From the NCBI GenBank assembly GCA_965224015.1, contig OZ245032.1, positions 1,516,354 through 1,580,353 of the forward strand: a stretch of DNA of 64,000 nucleotides, in the 5' to 3' direction. The notes under the pieces are model-generated. The model searched no databases and had not been told where the DNA came from. It was given only the letters and a program-made list of their open reading frames with translations. The position numbers and the translations under genes are program-made. The DNA comes from Hyphomicrobiales bacterium (GTDB lineage Bacteria > Pseudomonadota > Alphaproteobacteria > Rhizobiales > CBDCVD01). Each line of letters starts with the position of its first letter. Position 1 is the first letter of the stretch. Shown here one piece after another: positions 1 through 8,279 of the stretch.

Positions 1-445
1 GGCCGACAAGGTGATGCTGCGCGACGTGATCATTGCCATGACCGCATCAAGTGATTCGGCCATGAATCGCAATACCTTTGCCGGGGTTGACTTTGCCCCT
101 TGCGCGGACTGGGGGTTGTTGAGCACCGCAGCCGCGATCGCCGCATCGCGCAAAATCCGCCATCACACGGGCGGGATTTACTCAAGTGATACGTTTTACG
201 GGCATCGCTTTGATCCCATACCGGTTTTGCGCGAACATGGTGTCCTGGCTGTTGAAATGGAAGCGGCGGCGCTCTATACGATTGCGGCTCGAAAAAATGC
301 CCGCGCCCTGGCCATCTGCACTGTCAGTGATCATTTGCTTACAAAAGAAGAACTCAGCGCCAAAGCGCGCGAGCAGAGCTTTGCAAACATGGTGGAGATC
401 GCTCTGGAGACCGCCCGCGTACAAGGGCAGGACGAAGCCACATAG
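1..445 (+). CDS. deoD: Purine nucleoside phosphorylase DeoD-type, C-terminal part; 5' end lies outside the window
   Basis: Translation (VLAVEMEAAALYTIA...CTVSDHL) matches the conserved C-terminal region of PNP family I; the reading frame is open to the window edge. Confidence 0.7.
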   Translation, partial: ADKVMLRDVIIAMTASSDSAMNRNTFAGVDFAPCADWGLLSTAAAIAASRKIRHHTGGIYSSDTFYGHRFDPIPVLREHGVLAVEMEAAALYTIAARKNARALAICTVSDHLLTKEELSAKAREQSFANMVEIALETARVQGQDEAT

Positions 446-1529
446 TATCCTCGACCGGGCCTATACCAGCGGCATCAGCCACTACCAGCGCACGGCGAGG
501 CCGAGGGAGCCCTTGAGGGCATAGCTGTCGCCAAAGTCCTCAAGGTCTGTCGAGACGCTCAACTCCCCATAAAGCGCATAAGCATCATCATTGAAGGCCC
601 GGGTAAAGCGCCCCCCTAGCTCGCCCGTCCAGCGGTGCTGGCCGCTCGTCAAGCGCGTCCCCGCAACATCAACACGAACCCCATCTTCAAACTCATGATA
701 AAGGTTCATGATCCCCTCAACGTGCAAGGCCTGCCCACCGCCATTGTCCTGCCAGGTGCGCTCATGGCTCGCCGCAACCCCCAGACGGGCCAGCACGCTC
801 GTGCCCTCACTGCCGGAGACCACCACCCCGGTACGGCTAGTAAAGTCATCATAAGACACCTTGGAGTAGGCCAGCTGCGCCTGTGGGGTCAGCGTCAGGC
901 CGTTCGCCAGCGCCATCGCCTTACCCACTTCGACACTCAGCCCATAGCCGGTGCCGTCAACGCCATCGGCAAGCTTGCCCACAAGATCCGATGTCAGGTC
1001 ACTGGAGTACCACGTATGGGCCCCCTGCACATCGGCATAAAAGCCCTGAGGCCCGTACCAGGTTCCGGTGAGCCCGACGCCAATACCCGTGGTCTTGATC
1101 TCCCCATTGCCGAAAACCGACGAAAAGTCCGTCTTGCCATGGCTCAAACTGGCGTTGAGGCCGAACACGGCGGTGTTGTCGTTATCATAAACGAACTCTG
1201 CGTCAACGCCCCCTTGCAGTTTGAAGACCTGGGTGTCGCGCTCCGCGACCCCTGTGGTCGAAGATCCGGGGGTTTGATGCGAGAGCCGCCCGCTCATTCT
1301 GGCCCAACTGGTAAGCCAGCGGTCAGGGCTTGCCTTAGCCCCACCGTCACCCTCATGCAAAAGCCCCGCATCCTGGCTTGCGGCCCCCAGGATTAGGGTG
1401 CTTTGCGACCTATTGGAGACCATGTGGGTCACCCGGCTGCCAACCCGCTCGTGCAGGCTCTCCATCCGGTTGAGCTCCAGGGCCGTATGCGCCAGGTTTT
1501 CGTAGGCAACCGCCCCGGGGGAGTAAATC

Positions 1530-2215
1530 CGAGGGCCACCGCCACCGCCCGTGCGATGCTGCTTACCGCCGCTTGGGCCACCGCTCCTACCAGGCTGGTT
1601 ACCGCCGCTTGGGCCACCGCCCGTGCCAGTGCCAGACTGGCCAGGTTGCTGGCCGCCACCGCCACCCTGGCCAGGTTGTTTACCGCCACCGCCACCGCCC
1701 GTGCGATGCTGCTTACCGCCGCTTGGGCCACCGCTCCTACCAGGCTGGTTACCGCTCGTGCCAGGCTGGTTACCTCCGCTTGGGCCACCGCCCGTGCCAG
1801 TGCCAGACTGGCCAGGTTGCTGGCCGCCACCGCCACCCTGGCCAGGTTGTTTACCGCCACCGCCACCCTGGCCAGGTTGTTTACCGCCACCGCCACTGCC
1901 CGTGCCAGACTGGCCAGGTTGCTGGCCGCCACCGCCACCCTGGCCAGGTTGTTTACCGCCACCGCCACCCTGGCCAGGTTGTTTACCGCCACCGCCACTG
2001 CCCGTGCCAGACTGGCCAGGTTGCTGGCCGCCACCGCCACCCTGGCCAGGTTGTTTACCGCCACCGCCACCCTGGCCAGGTTGTTTACCGCCACCGCCCG
2101 TGCCAGTGCCAGGTTGTTTACCGCCACCGCCACTGCCCGTGCCAGACTGGCCAGGTTGCTGGCCGCCACCGCCACCCTGGCCAGGTTGTTTACCGCTAGC
2201 GCCCGGTGTCGTTGG
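1530..2215. repeat. Tandem 30-nt (10-aa GGGGGKQPGQ-type) repeat array in the autotransporter linker
   Basis: Near-identical 30-nt units (cgccaccctggccaggttgtttaccgccac) with SGTGSGGGG variants. Open frames in all phases are a side effect of the repeat. Confidence 0.8.
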
Positions 2216-2899
2216 TGTCGGTGGTGTTGGTGCCATTTCCGAATTCAGAAACCAGTCCTTACCATCTTTCTGCAGGCGATAGGCGTAGACGCCCGCCGTT
2301 ACGAACTGCTCATTTCCGCCTCCAATATTAGGGTTGGTAAAGCCGCCGGTTAGCATGAACTTGCCGCCTGACGTGCCTCGAACTTCAATCAATTGAATTT
2401 TGGCTTTATCGGCACCCTTGCCACTTCGGTTTACGACATACACGTTTGTCGTGCCGCTGGTGGAGCCGGTGATGATTATCCTGTCGGTTTTAGAATTGCT
2501 ATCGCCCAGCACCGTGTCCATCCTGATAGTGCCGCCGCCGGTGTAATCGCCGGTAATTTTGAGCGTGCTGAAATTATTGTTCTGCATGTCGATAGTACTG
2601 CCGACGTTGTTGTGCACACTGCCGTTGATATTGTTCAACTGTGTACCGACAACGAGGGTACCGTCGTTGATGAGCGACAGCAGGCCTGTAGCACCACCGA
2701 GGTTCAGGGTTTGGCCGGTAAATTCGGTGGAACCGCCATCGATGGTGGCGCGTTCGAAACCTTCGAACTGGTCCGCATCCACCGCGGCGGCGTTGTTCGT
2801 GCGGTTCCTGAATACAATCCCATCTTGATTACCACCCCCGCCGTCGAATTCACCGTTTTTAACCTTAGAAAAATCAAAGTCGCGGAGAAAGATCACCTC

Positions 2900-5800
2900 A
2901 TCTTTGCCCCCGCCCAAGGTCACATCACCGTTGATCTTAGCCCCTTCATTGACCGTAAGTTGTGAGTTGCCGTCGCCATTGATAATGGCAGCGGTTCCCC
3001 CCCTGACATCGGCGTTGTCGTTAAGGGTGATCCTGGTCATCCCTCTCACTACTTCACGACTATCAATACCGTATTGGGTCCTGCCTTGCATCAGGCCATC
3101 GACCGCAATCACCGCGTTGCCGGAGCCCTGATGCTTGACAAAAATGCCATTATTTTCGCCGATCACGTTGCCGCTGCCGGAGGTGATCGTTAGGGCGTTG
3201 TTGTTATTTGTGTTATAAATCAATGCATTAATGCCATCTAGAGTTCTTCCGGTGACATTTCCGTTAGTCTCAATGGTCAAGGCTCCGGTACCTCTATGTT
3301 TGGCGAAGATACCGTCTAGGCCACCTTTCACCGCACCTGTGCCGGTGGTGATCGTTAGGGCGCTATCGTTTTGTAGATTGGTTACATAAACACGAATGCC
3401 ATAATGACTCCCTTGACCGGTGACATCCCCGCCACCGGTATTGATCGTCACAGCGCCCTTGCCAGAGTGCCCGGCAACAATGCCGTTTAGGGCACCTGTC
3501 ACCGCGCCTGTGCCGGTGGTGATCGTTAGGTCGTTTGTGTTATTGTTGTTAAAAATCTCTGTATAAATGCCATCATTTTTTGTTCCGGTGATATCTCCGT
3601 TGGTCTCAATGGTCAGGGCTCCGGCACCTTGATGTATGGCGTGGATACCGATTCGGCCTTTCACCGCGCCTGTGCCGGTGGTGATCTTTATGTCGTTTGT
3701 GTTATTTGCGTTAAAAATCTCTGCATAAATGCCATATTCATTTGTTCCGGTGACATTGCCATCGCCGGTGGTGACCGTCACAGCGCCCAGGCCATAATGC
3801 CGGGCGAAGATGCCGTGTTTGCCACCTTTCACCGCACCTGTGCCGGTGGTGATCGTTAGGGCGCTGTTGTTATTTGTGTTATAAATCAATGCATTAATGC
3901 CATCTAGAGTTCTTCCGGTGACATTTCCGTTAGTCTCAATGGTCAAGGCTCCGGTACCTCTATGTTTGGCGAAGATACCGTCTAGGCCACCTTCCACCGC
4001 ACCTGTGCCGGTGGTGATCGTTAGGGCGCTATCGTTTTGTAGATTGGTTACATAAACACGAATGCCATAATGACTCCCTTGACCGGTGACAGCCCCGCCA
4101 CCGGTATTGATCGTCACAGCGCCCTTGCCAGAGTGCTCGGCAACAATGCCGTTTAGGGCACCTGTCACCGCGCCTGTGCCGGTGGTGATCTTTAGGTCGT
4201 TTGTGTTATTGTTGTTAAAAATATCTGCATAAATGCCATCATTTTCTGTTCCGGTGATATCTCCGTTGGTCTCAATGGTCAGGGCTCCGGCACCTTGATG
4301 TGTGGCGCGGATACCGATTCGGCCTTTCACCGCGCCTGTACCGGTGGTGATCGTTATGTCGTTTGTGTTATTTGCGTTAAAAATCTCTGCATAAATGCCA
4401 TATTCATTTGTTCCGGTGACATTGCCATCGCCGGTGGTGATCGTCACAGCGCCCAGGCCACGGTGATCGGTGAAGATACCGTATTTGCCGCCTGTCACTG
4501 CGCCTGTGCCGGTGGTGATCTTTATGTCGTTTGTGTTATTCTGGTTAAAAATCTTTGCATAAATGCCATATTTATTTGTTCCGGTGACATCCCTGTCGCC
4601 GGTCTTGATCGTCACAGCGCCCAGGCCATAATGCTTGGCGAAGATACCGTATTGGCCACCGGTGACAGCGGCATTGGCGGTGATATTGAGCTCTCCGTTG
4701 CCGCCGGTGTTGTTTTTGTCCCCAATCTGTGCATCAATGCCAGCGACGGCTGTTCCGGTGATATCTCCGTTGGTCTCAATGGTCACGGCTCCGGTACCTG
4801 CATGTGTGGCGAAGATGCCGTATTGGCCACCTGTCACCGCGCCTGTGCCGGTGGTGATCGTCACAGCGCCCGTGCCATTGTGCTCCGCCCAGATACCGCG
4901 TCGGCCACCTTCCACCGCGCCTGTGCCGGTGGTGATTGTTAGGGCGCTATCGTTTTGTCGATTGGTTATAAAGCCAAAAATGCCGTCCTCCCCTTGACCG
5001 ATAACATCCCCGTCGCCGGTATTGATCGTCACAGCGCCCAAGCCACGGTGATGGGCGAAGATGCCGTATTTGCCACCTGTCACTTTGCCTGTGCCGGTGG
5101 TAATCTTTAGGGCGTTGTTGTTATCTACGTTATCAATCAATGCATTAATGGCATCTTTATTTGTTCCGGTGATATCTCCTTTGGTCTCAATGGTTACCGC
5201 GCCCTTGCCCTGGTGCTTCGCGAAGATGCCGTGTTTGCCACCTTTCACCGCACCTGTGCCGGTGGTGATCGTTAGGGCGCTGTTGTTATTTGTGTTATAA
5301 ATCAATGCATTAATGCCATCTAGAGTTCTTCCGGTGACATTTCCGTTAGTCTCAATGGTCAAGGCTCCGGTACCTCTATGTTTGGCGAAGATACCGTCTA
5401 GGCCACCTTCCACCGCACCTGTGCCGGTGGTGATCGTTAGGGCGCTATCGTTTTGTAGATTGGTTACATAAACACGAATGCCATAATGACTCCCTTGACC
5501 GGTGACAGCCCCGCCACCGGTATTGATCGTCACAGCGCCCTTGCCAGAGTGCTCGGCAACAATGCCGTTTAGGGCACCTGTCACCGCGCCTGTGCCGGTG
5601 GTGATCTTTAGGTCGTTTGTGTTATTGTTGTTAAAAATATCTGCATAAATGCCATCATTTTCTGTTCCGGTGATATCTCCGTTGGTCTCAATGGTCAGGG
5701 CTCCGGCACCTTGATGTGTGGCGCGGATACCGATTCGGCCTTTCACCGCGCCTGTACCGGTGGTGATCGTTATGTCGTTTGTGTTATTTGCGTTAAAAAT

Positions 5801-6480
5801 CTCTGCATAAATGCCATATTCATTTGTTCCGGTGACATTGCCATCGCCGGTGGTGATCGTCACAGCGCCCAGGCCACGGTGATCGGTGAAGATACCGTAT
5901 TTGCCGCCTGTCACTGCGCCTGTGCCGGTGGTGATCGTTATGTCGTTTGTGTTATTTGCGTTAAAAATCTTTGCATAAATGCCATATTTATTTGTTCCGG
6001 TGACATCCCTGTCGCCGGTCTTGATCGTCACAGCGCCCAGGCCATAATGCTTGGCGAAGATACCGTATTGGCCACCGGTGACAGCGGCATTGGCGGTGAT
6101 ATTGAGCTCTCCGTTGCCGCCGGTGTTGTTTTTGTCCCCAATCTGTGCATCAATGCCAGCGACGGCTGTTCCGGTGATATCTCCGTTGGTCTCAATGGTC
6201 ACGGCTCCGGTACCTGCATGTGTGGCGAAGATGCCGTTTTGGCCACCTGTCACCGCGCCTGTGCCGGTGGTGATTGTTAGGGCGCTATCGTTTTGTCGAT
6301 TGGTTATAAAGCCAAAAATGCCGTCCTTCTGGCCACCGGAGACAGCCCCGTCGCCGGTATTGATCGTCACAGCGCCCGTGCCAAATTGCTCCGCCACGAT
6401 GCCGTATTGGCCACCTGTCACCGCGCCTGTGCCGATGGTGATCGTTAAATCGCCGTCACTACCTGCGCGACCCACGGCTT
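2900..6480. repeat. Passenger-domain repeat array. It includes a near-identical direct duplication of about 1.2 kb (approximately 3805..4990 and 5221..6330, period 1416 bp, with an 84-nt indel) and degenerate sub-repeats of about 165 nt
   Basis: Identical DNA blocks sit 1416 bp apart (e.g. 4291 vs 5707, 3841 vs 5257). The ORF track shows identical antisense ORFs at 4295 and 5711. Confidence 0.75.
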
Positions 6481-6749
6481 GAAGCCCCGCATATGTGCCC
6501 CTTATCTCTTTGCTAGTGGTACTGGTGAACGTGATACCGCCCCCTGCGCTTGTGCTGACAGCGTCAATAGAAATGCCGCGTGTAAATTGAGTAGGCACGT
6601 TGACGGAAAAATCTGCCGAGGTGGTGATCTGGGCGTCTTTTACAGTGATGTCTTGCTGAGTTGTCTTAGGCTGTGGTGACAATTTAAGGAGTTTTGGGTT
6701 CTCAATTGACGACGAATCAGATTCATTACTGACTTTTGAGAGGTTAGTT

Positions 6750-7148
6750 ATGTCTGTTGATGAACTTCGTGATGATCAGTGGGAACGCTTGGAGCCTTTT
6801 ATCCCTGGAGGTCGCAAAGGCCGGCGTGGTCCTCGCAGCAACAACCGCCGTTTTCTTAACGGCCTTCTTTGGATGGCCCGTTCAGGGGCACGCTGGCGAG
6901 ACCTGCCGGAGCGATTTGGCCCCTATCAAACAGTTAAACGCAGGTACTATCGTTGGGTAGAGAACGGTGTTATTGAGCGTATGTTTGAGGCCCTGTCGAA
7001 AGAGGCAGATTTTGAATGGTTGCAGATTGATACAACTATCATCCGGGCACACAAACATGCGGCAGGAGCCCCGCAAAAAAAGGGGGCGCTGCATCCCAAG
7101 GGTTGGGTCGCTGCAAGGGCGGGTTCTCCACCAAACTCCATGCGGTAG
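6750..7148 (+). CDS. IS transposase OrfA (N-terminal part, HTH region)
   Basis: WERLEPFIPGG...NRRFLNGLLWMARSGARWRDLPERFGPYQT is typical of IS5/IS427-group OrfA. A slippery A7G motif lies at 7075..7086. Confidence 0.75.
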   Translation: MSVDELRDDQWERLEPFIPGGRKGRRGPRSNNRRFLNGLLWMARSGARWRDLPERFGPYQTVKRRYYRWVENGVIERMFEALSKEADFEWLQIDTTIIRAHKHAAGAPQKKGALHPKGWVAARAGSPPNSMR

Positions 7149-7510
7149 GCGATGGGTTGGGCCTTCCCGTGCGCTTTGGCGGAGGGCCAGGCCAGGAGAA
7201 CGACATGAAGCAAGCGCTTGATTTGATTGCAGGCTTTGCATCAAGTTATGTTTTTGGTGACCGCGCCTATGATGCAGACAATTTGGTGGAGGCAATTGTG
7301 AAGACCGGTGGTGAAGCGGTTATACCCCCACGCCGGCATCGCACAGATCAGCGTGCATATGACAAAGAGCTGTACAAGGAGCGCAACAGGATCGAACGTC
7401 TATTTGGACGGCTCAAGGAATTCAGACGGGTTGCGACGCGCTATGACAAACTGCTGGCGAATTTTCTTGGCTTCGTTAAACTTGCGGCAATCCAGCTGTG
7501 GCTCAAATAG
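7103..7510 (+). CDS. IS transposase OrfB (DDE domain), probably made as an OrfAB fusion by a -1 frameshift
   Basis: Contains GGFSTKLHAVGDGLGLP...AYDADNLV...NRIERLFGRLKEFRRVATRYDK. The frame is -1 relative to orfA, with the overlap downstream of AAAAAAAGGGGG. Confidence 0.75.
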   Translation: MGRCKGGFSTKLHAVGDGLGLPVRFGGGPGQENDMKQALDLIAGFASSYVFGDRAYDADNLVEAIVKTGGEAVIPPRRHRTDQRAYDKELYKERNRIERLFGRLKEFRRVATRYDKLLANFLGFVKLAAIQLWLK

Positions 7511-8213
7511 TTAAATTGTCACCACAGCCTAGTACCCTCGCAAAAAATTTCGTTTGGTTGTCCACCAGCTTTCAGGTCGCAGGCGGCCAGAGCGGAGGTG
7601 GTGCTGCCGAGGCCAATAAGGGCGCTCAGCCCCGCGCCCACAACACAGGACGCAAGGCCCAACCCGAGAGTCGGCGCCGCACTGGCCACCTGGCCTCGAA
7701 ATTTAACCACATGGCCGCCGCGCAAAACACGTGCGACAAGATTATCAAATGGTGACTTTAAAACGGGTATCCCGCCCTCGGCGCGTTCGTCCACAGCCGT
7801 TGGCTTTGTCGTGCCTTCTGTTCCCATTGATCCTGCCGGGCTCCTCATAATACAAACTCCCCGATGTTCAAAGCCCTTTCGCGTCTTAATAAAGAGCAAC
7901 CCGCAAAGGACTTTAACCGGTTTCACAACAAATTCCCTGATACGGCCGTTTTTTGATAATTATTCAATTGTTGGCAATAGGCTTGCTAACAAAGGAACGG
8001 GTGCCCGTCAACCCCTATATTGTATTCTTACACCGTTGTAATTTCAGGGAAAGTTACCGGTAGGCTGTGCTCGCCCGGCAGTACAAAATCCAGACGCCCA
8101 GACACCCAGACATCCAAGCGTTAAGAGCGTATTCGGTACAATCACAACCGTGATCTGGCTGCCTCAAACCGTGGGGAGGGTTTTAAGGGAAAGAAGCCCT
8201 AAGCAAGAGAATA

Positions 8214-8240
8214 ATACCAAGGGGCTTTGCCCCTTGCATC
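8214..8240 (-). terminator. Probable rho-independent terminator after the podJ-like gene
   Basis: Hairpin aaggggctttgcccctt, followed on the minus strand by a T-rich tract (ttggtattattctc). Confidence 0.4.
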
Positions 8241-8279
8241 ACTTGAGAGCGCTTTTTATCCGCTTAACCGCTTAACCGC

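Larger units (their letters stand above)
6669..7529 (+). mobile_element. IS5-family (IS427/IS711-like) insertion sequence, 861 bp, flanked by a TA duplication at a TTAG target
   Basis: Perfect terminal inverted repeats aggctgtggtgacaatttaa (6668..6687) and ttaaattgtcaccacagcct (7511..7530). Two overlapping ORFs carry a GGFSTKLHA DDE-region motif. Confidence 0.8.
482..7926 (-). pseudogene. Giant repetitive autotransporter adhesin gene interrupted by an IS. The 5' fragment (7519..7926) encodes the signal peptide; the 3' fragment (482..6682) encodes the passenger repeats and the C-terminal beta-barrel
   Basis: The 2066-aa ORF has TITTGTGAVTGG...YGIF...GAVTI repeat units. A Gly/Gln/Pro linker is followed by a C-terminal autotransporter beta-domain ending GSLGLAVRW. 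The upstream fragment carries a hydrophobic signal region (LGLGLASCVVGAGLSALIGLGSTTSALAA). Removing the IS plus one TA copy (863 bp, 2 mod 3) rejoins both fragments in frame. Confidence 0.7.

Noticed and set aside
1403-2353. Four overlapping ORFs in different frames and strands (1403..2353, 1429..2175, 1551..2282, 1573..2199) encoding poly-Ala-Thr, poly-Pro-Trp and poly-Arg-His proteins
   Set aside because: All lie within the 30-nt GC-rich tandem repeat of the autotransporter linker. A repeat with no stop codons in any frame produces them; the autotransporter frame is the only one with flanking domain context.
3629-6482. Series of antisense ORFs (3629..3859, 4295..4942, 4635..4997, 5061..5300, 5711..6280, 6051..6482) with near-identical translations
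   Set aside because: They are mirror images of the duplicated passenger repeats on the opposite strand. The low-complexity Cys-rich translations have no start or RBS context.
6882-7295. Minus-strand ORFs inside the IS (6882..7295, 6947..7213) and the third-frame ORF 6967..7221
   Set aside because: Antisense or alternate frames of the transposase genes; IS427-group elements encode only OrfA/OrfB.
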